Assembly (NCBI GenBank): GCA_022825945.1 | Contig: JAJDVS010000082.1 | Location: 10,470-74,469, forward strand | Length of the DNA: 64,000 nucleotides | Origin: Pseudomonadales bacterium | Lineage (GTDB): Bacteria; Pseudomonadota; Gammaproteobacteria; Pseudomonadales; Pseudohongiellaceae | Direction: 5' to 3' | Shown: piece by piece, positions 45,628 through 55,777 of the stretch | Layout: every line of letters begins with the position of its first letter | Numbering within the stretch: position 1 is the stretch's first letter | Made by a program: the position numbers and the translations under genes | Notes under the pieces: generated by a model | The model's input: the letters and a program-made list of their open reading frames with translations, nothing else | Told to the model about the DNA's origin: nothing | Databases searched by the model: none

Positions 45628-46887
45628 ATGAACAGTCTGCGCGCCAGCGGATACTACCCTTGGTTGATCGCGGTTTTCACCTGTATCGCGCTGATGGTGA
45701 GCAACGGGCAGACCATTTCCGGGCTGTCGGTCTTCAATGTCGAGTTCATGAACGAGTTCGGCTGGTCCCTGGGAGAGATCACCTTTCGCGACATGATCAC
45801 CCTGCTGCTGGCGGGGCTGGTGGCGCCGGCGACCGGTATCCTGATCGACCGCTTCGGCGTGCGGGTCTGCATGCTGGTGGGCTGGGGACTGCTGATTCTG
45901 GGCAATATCGCCTACAGCCGGATGGATAGCCTCACCGAGCTGTATCTGGTGCATGCCCTGTTCGCCCTGGTGCTGGTGGTCTGCGGACTCAACGCTGCGG
46001 TGATTCTGGTTTCCAAGTGGTTCGGGCGCTTTCGCGGCACCGCCATCGGCATCGCCCTGATGGGGACGAGCCTGGGTGGCATCCTGTTCCCCCAGTACGG
46101 CACCGCGATGATCGAAACCCTGGGCTGGCGCAGCGCATTCCTGTGGGGCAGCCTGTTTCCCGCGGTGATGCTGGTGCTGACCTGGCTGCTGGTCAAGGAC
46201 AGGCCCGACCACGGCGATGCCCTGCCGGATCAGGCGGGCGCGACGGATGCGCGGCGGGCGGCAATCGACCCCGGCGCCGGCGTGGCCTATGCCGACGCCT
46301 TGCGCAGCCGCTCGTTCTGGGCGCTGGCGATCATCGCCATGGCGACTTTCTATACCGTGCTCGGCACCCAGGCGCACATTTTCGTTTACATGACCGACAC
46401 CGACTTCAACGCCCAGGTGGCGACCAACGCCATCAGCCTGTTCTTTTTCTGCGCCCTGATCGGCAAGTTCGTGTTCGGCCTCGCGGCGGATTACCTCGAC
46501 AAGCGCAAGGTGTTCTACGGAAACATCCTGGTAATGCTGCTCGGGTCGCTGATTCTGATCCGCATGGAAGTGGCGCTGATCTGGGTCGCGGTGACCGCCT
46601 TCGGCCTGGGCTGGGGCGGGGTCTACACCATGATCCAACTCACCGTGATGAACATTTTCGGCATTCGCGACGCCGGCAAGATCCTCGGCACGATCACCGT
46701 GCTCGACGCCAGCGGGGGCGGCCTCGGCATCTGGCTCACGGGAGTGATTTATGACGCCACGGGCAGCTATGAGCTGCCGTTCCTGATTTTCGCCGCGCTG
46801 ATCGTGGTCGCCCTGGCGGCGCTTACCCAGGTGAAGCAGCCCGGGGCGGAGGCGACATCGGCGCCGGCGACTGGCGCCGCGACCTGA
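45628..46887 (+). CDS. MFS transporter
   Basis: 419 aa with 12 predicted TMs. MFS loop motif GILIDRFGVRVCM, and a second half with ADYLDKRKV. Confidence 0.82.
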   Translation: MNSLRASGYYPWLIAVFTCIALMVSNGQTISGLSVFNVEFMNEFGWSLGEITFRDMITLLLAGLVAPATGILIDRFGVRVCMLVGWGLLILGNIAYSRMDSLTELYLVHALFALVLVVCGLNAAVILVSKWFGRFRGTAIGIALMGTSLGGILFPQYGTAMIETLGWRSAFLWGSLFPAVMLVLTWLLVKDRPDHGDALPDQAGATDARRAAIDPGAGVAYADALRSRSFWALAIIAMATFYTVLGTQAHIFVYMTDTDFNAQVATNAISLFFFCALIGKFVFGLAADYLDKRKVFYGNILVMLLGSLILIRMEVALIWVAVTAFGLGWGGVYTMIQLTVMNIFGIRDAGKILGTITVLDASGGGLGIWLTGVIYDATGSYELPFLIFAALIVVALAALTQVKQPGAEATSAPATGAAT

Positions 46888-46903
46888 ACAGGGGGAAATT
46901 GCA

Positions 46904-47581
46904 ATGATTACCGAGCTTGCGGTGCTGCGCTGGCTGCATATTCTGGCGATGGTCTACTGGCTGGGAGGCGAATGGGGGGTGTTCCAGACTTCCACCCATG
47001 TCATCAATCGCCGCCTGTCCATGGAAGAACGGCGGCGGCACATGGAAACCGCTTACCGGATCGATATTCTCGCCCGCACCGGCATCATCATGCTGCTGCC
47101 GCTGGGCCTGCATATGGGCAATATCTGGGGCGTGCAACCCCTGGGCGGCGCCTGGCTGTGGCTGATGTGGGCCCTGTTCGCCGGCTGGCTGGCGCTGTGC
47201 TGGGCGGCCTTCCTCCATCGCGAAACCGACCGGGGCATCCGCCTGACGATCTGGGACGAGCGCATCCGCTATGTGGTCATTCCCACCCTGCTGATCACCG
47301 CGCTGTCGTCCCTGCTCGGCCATGGCCCCTTCGAGGCCGGCACGGGGCAGAAATGGTTTGCCTGGAAAGTGCTGATCTATGGCCTGATGCTGATCATCGG
47401 CCTGCAACTGCGCTACATCATGCGCGAATGGACCAGACTGTTCCGGGTGCTCGCCGCCGGCCCCGACCCCGAGGCGGAAAGCACCCTGGAGAAGTCGCTC
47501 CGCTTCGGCAAACGGCTGGCCTATGTGTACTGGGTCGGCATCGCCACGGTAGCCTTCCTTGGCGCGACCAAGTTTGTTTGA
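46904..47581 (+). CDS. Hypothetical integral membrane protein (5-6 TMs)
   Basis: 225-aa ORF with clear hydrophobic helices (LHILAMVYWLGGEWGVF, GIIMLLPLGLHMG, WLWLMWALFAGWLALCWAAFL). Lies 16 nt after the MFS gene. No family recognised. Confidence 0.6.
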   Translation: MITELAVLRWLHILAMVYWLGGEWGVFQTSTHVINRRLSMEERRRHMETAYRIDILARTGIIMLLPLGLHMGNIWGVQPLGGAWLWLMWALFAGWLALCWAAFLHRETDRGIRLTIWDERIRYVVIPTLLITALSSLLGHGPFEAGTGQKWFAWKVLIYGLMLIIGLQLRYIMREWTRLFRVLAAGPDPEAESTLEKSLRFGKRLAYVYWVGIATVAFLGATKFV

Positions 47582-47599
47582 GTGCTGCGCGTAGCCCCA

Positions 47600-47790
47600 T
47601 TCCGTCATTCCGCGCGTTGCTTCCGCCTCGTCATTCTGCGCGTAGTCGCAGAATCTTGTTGGACGGGCACGGCATGAGATTCTGCGACTACGCTTCGCTC
47701 CGCGCAGAATGACAGGGAAAGGGAAGGCTCCGCACGGAATGACAGGGGAGGGGAGGGCTACGCGCGGAATGATGGATGCCGCAGAATCTC
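47600..47790. repeat. Cluster of REP-like hairpins (BIME-like)
   Basis: CGTCATTCCGCGCG; TCATTCTGCG-cgtagt-CGCAGAATC (47630-47656); GAGATTCTGCGACTACGCTTCGCTCCGCGCAGAATGAC (47676-47712); CACGGAATGAC; CGCGGAATGAT. The last units overlap the 3' end of the 47758 gene. Confidence 0.75.
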
Positions 47791-48633
47791 TTCCGGGGTG
47801 GTCGGCCAGACGCCGGATTGTGAAGTGACGTAGTCCAGCGCCCGTTCCAGCCGGGCGATGCGGTGGGGTTGGCCCAGCACCCAGGGATGCAGATTCAGGG
47901 AAAGCATGCGACCGCCGGATTCCGCCGCCTCCCTGAGCAGAAAATCGCAGGCGTCGCAGACCTGCTCCACCCAGGAGTCCTCCGAATGCAGGTTCTGCAT
48001 GAGGATGAAGCGGTCCTCGATTTCATTGGGAAGGGGCATTGCCCATAAGTCCCCCGCCCGGGTATGGAAGCGGTAGGGCATCTCATCATTGACCCAGTCG
48101 GCGAACCAGACGATCCCCTGCTCTTTCAGCAAATCCGGCGTCAAGGGGCTTTCGCTGCGCGCCGGGCCGAGCCAGCCCCGCACCGGGCGCCCGGTGGCCT
48201 CCTCAAGGCTGTCGATGCTGCGCCGGATCAGGTCGGTTTCTTCCATGGGGGTGAGGCCGCCATGGTGCGGGCTGTCCATGTCCCAGCCATGGGCGACGAT
48301 CTCGTCGCCGCGCTCGCGCAGGACGGAAAGCAGATACGGCGCCCGCTCGACCATGGCGCCATTGACGGCGAAAGTCGGCTTGATCCGCCAGCGGTCAAGG
48401 GTGTCGAGCATGCGGAAGATCCCCACCCGGTTGCCATAATCGCGCAGGCTGAAATGGCGCAGGTCGGGATAGGGCATGCTCATGCCGCCGGGCACGGCGA
48501 AGGGAATGCCGCGCGGGTTCAGGGGGAAGAACTGCACACAGACATTGACCCAGAAAGCGACCCGCGCGCCGCCGGGCCATTCCACCAGCTCGCGTTCGTG
48601 CAATTGCGACCATTCATAGCGTTGATGGTCCAT
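47758..48633 (-). CDS. Polysaccharide deacetylase-fold (PuuE-like) protein, paralog B
   Basis: Internal ATG 48633 gives MDHQRYEWSQL... It shares WPGGAR, RDYGNRVG, (A/S)HG and LHPW-type motifs with the adjacent paralog. Confidence 0.75.
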   Translation of the reverse strand: MDHQRYEWSQLHERELVEWPGGARVAFWVNVCVQFFPLNPRGIPFAVPGGMSMPYPDLRHFSLRDYGNRVGIFRMLDTLDRWRIKPTFAVNGAMVERAPYLLSVLRERGDEIVAHGWDMDSPHHGGLTPMEETDLIRRSIDSLEEATGRPVRGWLGPARSESPLTPDLLKEQGIVWFADWVNDEMPYRFHTRAGDLWAMPLPNEIEDRFILMQNLHSEDSWVEQVCDACDFLLREAAESGGRMLSLNLHPWVLGQPHRIARLERALDYVTSQSGVWPTTPEEILRHPSFRA

Positions 48634-48670
48634 GCCATGGCGGCGATGGCGGTAGCGCAGACAAGCCGGA

Positions 48671-49603
48671 TCAGGCGGCGTTGACACCGGCGGCCTCCTG
48701 CTTGCGGAGAATGTCTGCGACCGCGCAATCGTAGTAATTGGCGAGAAAGTACTCGGCGATTTCCCGCCCGGTGGCGACCCAGACCCCGTCATGCCCGGTG
48801 ATGTATGCAAGCGCCTGCTCGAGTGCGGCGAGGCGATGGGGGCAACTCACCTGGTAGTTGTGGGTGGGAATGCACATGACCGTGCCGCTGGTTTCACCCT
48901 CGGCGTAGAGGCGGTCGAAATTGTCCCGCAGCATGCCGCCATAGCGCCGGGGTTCAACGCGGTTGACCACATAGGCGATAGTGTCGTTCATCTCCAGCGA
49001 ATACGGAATCGAGATGAAGCGCTGGCCGCCGCGCACCCGCACCGGGGTCGGCTGGTCGTCGTGGAACAAGTCGCAGGTGTAGACGCCGCCGGCTTCGGCG
49101 AACAGGTCCATGGTGTGTTCGGAATGGGACAGCGCCGGCGCCAGATAGCCCGCCGGGCGCCTTCCGGTATGCTTTTCGATGCTGTCCATGGCATCGAGGA
49201 TCATCGCCCGCTCCTGCTCCTCGGAAAGGCCATAGGTGTAGCGGGTGTTGTAGATGCCATGGCTGAAGAACTCCCAGTCGCGCTCGGCGCAGGCCGCGAT
49301 GATTTCGGGATGATGCTCGCACAGCGCCGCCGACAGCGAGACCGAACCGCGAATGCCAAAACGGTCGAGCAGGCGCATTTGCCGCTCGTGTCCCACCCGG
49401 TTGCCGTAGTCGCGGACCGAATAGCCGCTGACATCGGGATATGGGCGCGGCCAGGGTTTGCGATAAGGATTGGCGGGCGGGTCGAGTTCGTAGAAGTCGA
49501 TATTCGGCGCCACCCAGCATGCGATTCTCGCGCCGCCGGGCCAGACGATCCGGGGCCGGTCGCGATACGGCCAGTAGTCGTAGAGTTTGAGGTCGGGCTG
49601 CAT
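48671..49603 (-). CDS. Polysaccharide deacetylase-fold (PuuE-like) protein, paralog A
   Basis: ATG 49603 gives MQPDLKLYDYWPYRDRPRIVWPGGARIACWV... Other motifs are RDYGNRVG, FFSHG and IPTHNYQVSCPHR. Confidence 0.75.
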   Translation of the reverse strand: MQPDLKLYDYWPYRDRPRIVWPGGARIACWVAPNIDFYELDPPANPYRKPWPRPYPDVSGYSVRDYGNRVGHERQMRLLDRFGIRGSVSLSAALCEHHPEIIAACAERDWEFFSHGIYNTRYTYGLSEEQERAMILDAMDSIEKHTGRRPAGYLAPALSHSEHTMDLFAEAGGVYTCDLFHDDQPTPVRVRGGQRFISIPYSLEMNDTIAYVVNRVEPRRYGGMLRDNFDRLYAEGETSGTVMCIPTHNYQVSCPHRLAALEQALAYITGHDGVWVATGREIAEYFLANYYDCAVADILRKQEAAGVNAA

Positions 49604-49622
49604 GGCTTTGGCGTGGCCTCGC

Positions 49623-50330
49623 TCAGTCTTTGGCCGGCAGCGCATCGAGCCAGGCGAAGACCTCGGCCACGGGAATCACGTCGGCGTACTTGATGGCGAG
49701 GTCCATCAGATTGGCATAGTGCACGCTTTCGTGCTTGTCGGCGACACATTCCTCGGGAACGACGGTGCGATAACCCCGGGACAGGGACTCCACGGCGCTG
49801 GCGCGGATGCAGCCGGAAGTCGAGCCGCCGGTGAGCACCACGGTGTCCACCCGGTGCCAGACGCAAAGCGACTGCAACTGGGTCTCGAAAAACGCCGAGG
49901 GCATTTTCTTGCAATAGATCACATCGCGCTCCCGGTCGATTTCGAGCCGGTCGTCGAATTCGGCGCGCTCCGAACCGTGCTTGATGTTCTGCAGGGAGTC
50001 CGGGGTATCGCCGCGGGTTCCCCAGATGCCACAGTCCTCGCCGGACTCCATATAGGCCACATAGGTCCACGCCACCGGCCAGCCCGCACGGCGGAATCCG
50101 GCGCTGAGGCGGTTGACGTATTCCTTCTGTTTCGGGTCGGTTTCATAGGCTGTGACGAACAGGTCGGGGCGGGTGTACACCTTTTGCAGGTCCACGTTGA
50201 CCAGGATCGCCTTGTCGCCAAAACCGAATCGCGGGCGCGGATTCGCCTTGATTTCGAGATACAGCTCTTTCGCCGTGCGGTCGGTCCGTTCCATATCCCA
50301 AGCCCCGTTTTTCCTCACCAAATCGAACAT
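49623..50330 (-). CDS. Isochorismatase-family cysteine hydrolase (N-carbamoylsarcosine amidase / maleamate amidohydrolase-like)
   Basis: KAILVNVDLQKVY, KKMPSAFFETQLQSLC and VDTVVLTGGSTSGCIRASAVES (catalytic Cys context). Start is ATG 50330 or 50294. Confidence 0.78.
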   Translation of the reverse strand: MFDLVRKNGAWDMERTDRTAKELYLEIKANPRPRFGFGDKAILVNVDLQKVYTRPDLFVTAYETDPKQKEYVNRLSAGFRRAGWPVAWTYVAYMESGEDCGIWGTRGDTPDSLQNIKHGSERAEFDDRLEIDRERDVIYCKKMPSAFFETQLQSLCVWHRVDTVVLTGGSTSGCIRASAVESLSRGYRTVVPEECVADKHESVHYANLMDLAIKYADVIPVAEVFAWLDALPAKD

Positions 50331-50465
50331 TTGCCCTAAAGGTATAACATTATTACAATTACACTCTTGCAAGGCAATCTGCCGGACTGTTGTTCAGCAA
50401 TTCCCATTATGGCAATGGGCGCGCCCACATTGGTCATCCGGGATCTCATCGCGTGGCCACTGCAA

Positions 50466-50503
50466 GAGATTCTGCGACTGCGCTTCGCTTCGCGCAGAAT
50501 GAC
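50466..50503. repeat. REP-like hairpin
   Basis: GAGATTCTGCGACTGCGCTTCGCTTCGCGCAGAATGAC, located in a divergent promoter gap. Confidence 0.75.
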
Positions 50504-50548
50504 ATGAAGCTTGGAGCGCCATAATGAAAATTTCTGGAGTTGAATAGC

Positions 50549-51748
50549 ATGCCGGGCGCGCTCGAAGGAATTCGCATACTCGATCTCACCCACATGCTGG
50601 CCGGACCCTATGCGAGCATGATTCTTGCCGACCTCGGCGCCGAAACCATCAAGGTCGAACCCATTGCCGGCGAAGGCACGCGCAAGCTCCTCGCCAATGA
50701 CCCACGTTATTCCCTCGAAGGCATGGGCGCCTATTTCATCACGCTCAACCGCAACAAGAAAAGCGTCGCCATCGACCTGAAGCATACCGATGGCCTCGCG
50801 CTGTTCCACCGGCTCGTGGCGGTCTCCGACGTGGTCATCAGCAATTTCGGCGCCGGTGTGCCGGAAAGGCTCGGCATCGATTACCCCAGCCTCGCCAGGG
50901 TCAATCCGCGCATCATCGCCTGCACGGTAACCGGCTTCGGCGCCAGCGGCCCCGGCAGCGGGCGGCCCGCCTTCGATCAGGTGGCACAGGCCACCGGCGG
51001 CGGCATGTCGATAACAGGTCCCGACCGGGAGCATCCCGTGCGCGCCGGCATTCCCATCGGCGACCTCGGCGGCGGCATGTTCGGAGTGATGGGCGTGCTC
51101 GCGGCATTACAGGAACGCGAACGTAGCGGGCGCGGGCAGGAAGTCGACATTTCCATGCTCGATTGCCAGATCTCCATGCTCAACTACATGGCGACGATGT
51201 ACTTCCTCTCCGGGGAAAATCCCCACCCCATCGGCAATTCCCATTTTGTCCACGTGCCATACGACACTTTCGGCTGCGCCGACGGTTTCATCGTCATCGC
51301 CGTCATCACCGACAACTTCTGGCAAAACCTGAAACAGGTGCTCGACTGCCCCGACCTCGACAAACCCGAATACGACACCCAGCCGGGACGCTGGCGCGAC
51401 CGGGAGTACATCAACCGCCGGGTCAATGAAGCGCTTGCGGGGGATACCTGCGCCAACTGGCTCAAGCGCCTGGAGGAAAAACGCATTCCCTGCGCCCCGG
51501 TCAACAATTTCGAGCAGGCGCTTGCCGACCCGCAGGTGCTGCGGCGGGACATGGTGGTGGAACTGCGCCATCCCGATGGCGGAGCCACCCGGGGCCCGGG
51601 CAATCCGATCAAGTTGTCGCGCACGGCCACGGCGGATTACAGCGCCGCGCCGCACCTCGGGCAACATACCGATGAAGTGCTGCGCGACTGCCTTGCCCTT
51701 GACGCCAGGGAAACCGCGCGGCTGCGCGAAGCGGGAGTGATCGGCTGA
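50549..51748 (+). CDS. Family III CoA-transferase (CaiB/BaiF)
   Basis: MPGALEGIRILDLTHMLAGPYASMILADLGAETIKVEP, VVISNFG, and the Asp-containing GIPIGDLGGGM. Confidence 0.88.
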   Translation: MPGALEGIRILDLTHMLAGPYASMILADLGAETIKVEPIAGEGTRKLLANDPRYSLEGMGAYFITLNRNKKSVAIDLKHTDGLALFHRLVAVSDVVISNFGAGVPERLGIDYPSLARVNPRIIACTVTGFGASGPGSGRPAFDQVAQATGGGMSITGPDREHPVRAGIPIGDLGGGMFGVMGVLAALQERERSGRGQEVDISMLDCQISMLNYMATMYFLSGENPHPIGNSHFVHVPYDTFGCADGFIVIAVITDNFWQNLKQVLDCPDLDKPEYDTQPGRWRDREYINRRVNEALAGDTCANWLKRLEEKRIPCAPVNNFEQALADPQVLRRDMVVELRHPDGGATRGPGNPIKLSRTATADYSAAPHLGQHTDEVLRDCLALDARETARLREAGVIG

Positions 51749-52659
51749 TGCCCGACCAGGTCACGATCAACGAAGTCGGCCCCCGGGACGGGCTGCAAAG
51801 CCAGAACCGCATTCTGCCGGTTTCCGGACGCCTGCAACTGATCCGGGCGCTGGAAGCCGCGGGGCTTTCCCGCATCGAGGCCGGCAGCTTCGTCTCGCCG
51901 AAAGCCGTGCCGGCAATGGCCGAAACCGATGTGCTGCTGCACTCCCTGGAGCAGACGGAACGCAATGGCCGGGCCAGTTACAGCTTTCTCATTCCCAATA
52001 CCAGGGGCTATGAACTCGCCCGGGAAGCCGGCGCCGAATCGGTCACCATGGTGGTCTACGCAAGCGAGACCATGGCCCGGCGCAATGCCCGCATGGGCAT
52101 GGCCGATGCCGAACTTGCGGCCTGCCAGATCATCGACCTTGCCAGGGCAGACGGGATTGAGGTGATTGTCATTGTGGCAGTGAGTTTTCGCTGCCCTTTC
52201 GAAGGCGCCGTGGACCCTGCCGTCGTCCACAAGATCGCCGCCCGCTTCGTCGATGCGGGAATCCATCGTCTGGTCCTCGCGGACACCATCGGCGCGGCGG
52301 ACCCGGCCCAGGTCAGCGCCTTGCTTGGCGCCCTGGCCAGGGAACACGGCCCTGGCGTGCTCGGCTGCCATTTCCACGACACGAGGGCCATGGCCCTGGC
52401 CAATGTCTATGCCGCGCTCGATGCCGGAGTGCGCTGGTTCGACAGTTCCATCGGCGGCCTCGGCGGCTGCCCGTTCGCTCCCGGCGCCAGCGGCAATGTG
52501 GCCACCGAGGACGTGGTGGTGATGTTGCGGCAAATGGGCATGGAAACCGGCATCGACACCGGCGCGCTGCTGGCCGCCTCCGACCTGGCCACCGAATTGA
52601 CCGGCACCGCCCCCGGCGGGAGGGTGAGGGAGTGGTTGAGGGGGCAGGTGGGGTCTTGA
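51748..52659 (+). CDS. HMG-CoA lyase-like (HMGL family) acyl-CoA lyase
   Basis: VTINEVGPRDGLQS, LADTIGAADP, GCHFHDTRAMALANVYAAL and GLGGCPFAPGASGNVATED. ATGA-type overlap with the CoA-transferase stop. Confidence 0.88.
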   Translation: MPDQVTINEVGPRDGLQSQNRILPVSGRLQLIRALEAAGLSRIEAGSFVSPKAVPAMAETDVLLHSLEQTERNGRASYSFLIPNTRGYELAREAGAESVTMVVYASETMARRNARMGMADAELAACQIIDLARADGIEVIVIVAVSFRCPFEGAVDPAVVHKIAARFVDAGIHRLVLADTIGAADPAQVSALLGALAREHGPGVLGCHFHDTRAMALANVYAALDAGVRWFDSSIGGLGGCPFAPGASGNVATEDVVVMLRQMGMETGIDTGALLAASDLATELTGTAPGGRVREWLRGQVGS

Positions 52660-52689
52660 GTCACACCGATCCACCATGGTACGCGATCT

Positions 52690-53490
52690 TCAACCCAGGA
52701 ACAGCAGCATGGCGAGGCCAAGGGCTATTCGATAGATTACGAAGGGCTGGAAACTCACCCTTGCTATCCAGCGCAGGAACCAGTCGATGCTGAGCCAGGC
52801 TACCAGCGCCGCGAGCGCCGTGCCCAAAGCCAGCGATAACAACTGCCGGTTGGGAGGCGGCCGCAAGACGAGATCCAGCGCTTCCAGGGAGCCGCTGGCC
52901 AGCATTACCGGCACCGCCAGCAGAAAGGAAAAGCGCGCCGCGGATTCGCGGTCGAGCCGGCACAGCAGCGCGGCGGTCATGGTTACGCCGGAGCGCGAGG
53001 CGCCGGGAATGAGCGCAAGACACTGGGCCAGACCTATGAGCAGGGCGGTTTTCCAGCCGATTTCGTCCATGCCCCGGTCCCGGCGGCCGGCAAGATCAGC
53101 GGCGGAAAGCAACAGGCCAAAGCCGATGGACGCACAGGCGATGACACTGACCGTGCGTGCATGGGCTTCCACCGTATCGCGCAGCAGCAGCCCCGCAAGC
53201 CCGACGGGCGCCGTGGCGAGCAGCAACAACCAGAGCAGGCGACCCTCGGCGTGTTGCGGGCCGAAACGCAGTCCATTCAGCATCATGCGCCACAGGTCAC
53301 GGCGAAAGTAGCCGATCACCGCAAGCAGGCTGCCACTGTGGAAGGCCACATCAAAAGCAAGGCCCTGGTCGGGCCAGCCGAGCCACAGCGATGGCAGCAG
53401 CAAGTGGCCCGAAGACGAAACCGGCAGGAATTCCGTCAGGCCCTGAATCAGGGCTAGGACAACAATCTGCGGGAAACCCGGTTCAGCCAC
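52690..53490 (-). CDS. uppP: Undecaprenyl-diphosphate phosphatase
   Basis: LIQGLTEFLPVSSSGHLLL, AFDVAFHSGSLLAV and PGASRSGVTMTAALL. Confidence 0.93.
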   Translation of the reverse strand: MAEPGFPQIVVLALIQGLTEFLPVSSSGHLLLPSLWLGWPDQGLAFDVAFHSGSLLAVIGYFRRDLWRMMLNGLRFGPQHAEGRLLWLLLLATAPVGLAGLLLRDTVEAHARTVSVIACASIGFGLLLSAADLAGRRDRGMDEIGWKTALLIGLAQCLALIPGASRSGVTMTAALLCRLDRESAARFSFLLAVPVMLASGSLEALDLVLRPPPNRQLLSLALGTALAALVAWLSIDWFLRWIARVSFQPFVIYRIALGLAMLLFLG

Positions 53491-54211
53491 TGGGGGCCTG
53501 TTCCCGGTATTGTGGCGTCCCGGTCACGTAATTGGGCCGCAGCAAGTCCGCATTGACGAATTCGCCGCGCTGCCGGGCCGTTCGGGCAAGCCGTGCCAAA
53601 TCGATTGCTTCCACCGTCACCGCAATGGGCTCCCCCGTCAGCCTGAGTTTGAACCGGGCTTCAATAGCGGCTGCTCCGGGCCAGCCGTCACCTGCCGCCA
53701 TGACCCTTCCAAAATCCTGAGGCGCCGGATCTTTCCCGGCCGCCGATGATTCCGGGCCGATACTCAATTCTTCCAGCCTGCCACCCTGTTCCCTGCCAAA
53801 AAGCGTCAGCCCTTTGCCAGCGCTTCGATAGCAGCCAAAATACAACTCATCCGCCCGGGCGGGGATGCCGGCCAGCCAGGTATCCGCCGGCTGCGATCGA
53901 TGAGCGGCAGCGGCGGTAAGCGCCAGGGTCGAAATCGGCAGGGCGGGAACCTCCCAGGCGGCGCAGAGCCCCTGGGCCGCCGCAATGCCGATGCGGGTGC
54001 CGGTGAAGGAGCCGGGGCCGGAAACCACGGCCACGGCATCGGCGCGCTTTACACCGGCTTCATCAAGCGCTTGCCGGGCGAGTTGGAGGATGGTCTGGGC
54101 GGACTGGCGCTCGTCCCCGGCGCGCCTGACGATCAATTTGCTTTCGTCAGTTCCCGCGAAAACAGCACAGGCCGACGCCAGCGCCGTATTGAGCATCAGA
54201 ATGGACGACAT
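53483..54211 (-). CDS. tsaB: tRNA t6A37 biosynthesis protein TsaB (YeaZ)
   Basis: ATG 54211 gives MSSILMLNTALASACAVF... It carries VVSGPGSFTGTRIGIAAAQGL. Confidence 0.85.
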   Translation of the reverse strand: MSSILMLNTALASACAVFAGTDESKLIVRRAGDERQSAQTILQLARQALDEAGVKRADAVAVVSGPGSFTGTRIGIAAAQGLCAAWEVPALPISTLALTAAAAHRSQPADTWLAGIPARADELYFGCYRSAGKGLTLFGREQGGRLEELSIGPESSAAGKDPAPQDFGRVMAAGDGWPGAAAIEARFKLRLTGEPIAVTVEAIDLARLARTARQRGEFVNADLLRPNYVTGTPQYREQAPSG

Positions 54212-54218
54212 CCCATTC

Positions 54219-54863
54219 TCACAGCAGGCGCAGAACCGCATTGCGGATTTCGGAAACCGGCGCGTTGCCGTCCACATTGAGCACCCGCAGGGGCAGCCCT
54301 TCCTGGGCCAATCCGCGGTAATAGGCCACCAGGGGCTTGGTCTGCTGATGGTAAACCGCGAGGCGCTGGCGCACGGTCTCCTCGTGGTCGTCTTCGCGCT
54401 GGATCAGTTCCTCGCCGGTTTCGTCATCGCGGCCAGCGACTGTCGGCGGATTGAACTCCACGTGATAGACGCGGCCGGAAGCCGGATGGGTCCGGCGCCC
54501 GCCGAGCCGGCGGACGATTTCATCATCGTTTACGGCGATATTGAGCACCACGTCGATTTCAACCCCGGCCTCGGTGGTGGCCCGGGCCTGGGGAATCGTG
54601 CGGGGAAAACCGTCGAACAGGAACCCGCCGGCGCAATCTTCCCGGGCGATGCGCTCGAGCACCAGAGCGACGATAAGTTCGTCGCCAACCAGGGCGCCGC
54701 TGGCCATGACCGCCTCGACCCGCCGGCCGAGTTCGGTGCCGTCACGCACCGCGGAGCGCAGCATATCGCCGGTGGAAATTTGCGGAATCGCAAATTTTTC
54801 CGTGATGAAGCGGGCCTGGGTGCCCTTTCCGGCGCCGGGGGCGCCGAGCAAGATCATTTTCAA
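54219..54863 (-). CDS. adk: Adenylate kinase
   Basis: [36 protein letters not shown] and [13 protein letters not shown]. Confidence 0.96.
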   Translation of the reverse strand: MKMILLGAPGAGKGTQARFITEKFAIPQISTGDMLRSAVRDGTELGRRVEAVMASGALVGDELIVALVLERIAREDCAGGFLFDGFPRTIPQARATTEAGVEIDVVLNIAVNDDEIVRRLGGRRTHPASGRVYHVEFNPPTVAGRDDETGEELIQREDDHEETVRQRLAVYHQQTKPLVAYYRGLAQEGLPLRVLNVDGNAPVSEIRNAVLRLL

Positions 54864-55777
54864 TATGAGTCACCGGATTGGTTGCCGCGAACGCGATTCT
54901 TCGCCAAGTCCCACAGTTCGTCAAGTTCCCGCAACTCCCGCTCGGGCAGCATCCAGCCACGATCGAGAGCGAGTTGCTCGAGTAGCCGGAAGCGCGCCTC
55001 GAAGCGGCGGTTCGATTCCCGCAGGGCGGATTCCGGGTCAATCCGGCAATGCCGCGCCAGATTGACCACGGCGAAAAGCATGTCGCCGAGTTCCCCGCGC
55101 ATGGCAGTGGAGTCTTCGGCAGCCAGGGCGGCGCTGAACTCGCCGACTTCCTCCCGGACCTTGTCCAGCACCGGCGGTGGCGAGGGCCAGTCGAAACCGA
55201 CTCCCGCAGCGCGTTGTTGCAGCTTGCGCGCCTTTTCCAATGCCGGCAGCGACCTCGGCAAGCCATCCAGCACGCTGGCGGAGTTGTCTTCTTCCCCATT
55301 GGCGCCATTGCGGTTTCCGTGCGTTTTCCCCTTTGCCGCGCGTTCGGCCCGCTTGATCGCCTCCCAGTTGCCCACCACCTCGCCGGCGCTGAGTTCCTGC
55401 TTTTGGCCAAAGCTTTCCAGCCGACCGTCGGGAAACACATGGGGATGGCGCCGCAGCAACTTGCCGGTAATCTCCGCCGCAATATCCTGAAAGTCGAAAC
55501 CGCCCTCTTCCCGGGACAACTGGGCATAGAAGACCACCTGAAACAGCAGGTCGCCGAGTTCATCGCGCAACTCGTCCCGGTCGCCGCTTTCAATGGCGTG
55601 AATGACTTCGTGGACTTCCTCCACGGTATGGGGAATCAGCGATTCGAAAGTCTGCTTGAGGTCCCAGGGGCAGCCATGCTCCGCATCCCGCAGCATCGAC
55701 ATCAGGGCCAGCAGCCGGTCCACGGGCGAGAGTTGCGCGAGTTGCGACTGATCGCCGGGTTCCCGGTCCCGGTTCAT
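54860..55777 (-). CDS. mazG: Nucleoside triphosphate pyrophosphohydrolase MazG
   Basis: Two MazG repeats: [28 protein letters not shown]...[15 protein letters not shown], and EEVGEF...[15 protein letters not shown]. Confidence 0.9.
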   Translation of the reverse strand: MNRDREPGDQSQLAQLSPVDRLLALMSMLRDAEHGCPWDLKQTFESLIPHTVEEVHEVIHAIESGDRDELRDELGDLLFQVVFYAQLSREEGGFDFQDIAAEITGKLLRRHPHVFPDGRLESFGQKQELSAGEVVGNWEAIKRAERAAKGKTHGNRNGANGEEDNSASVLDGLPRSLPALEKARKLQQRAAGVGFDWPSPPPVLDKVREEVGEFSAALAAEDSTAMRGELGDMLFAVVNLARHCRIDPESALRESNRRFEARFRLLEQLALDRGWMLPERELRELDELWDLAKNRVRGNQSGDSY

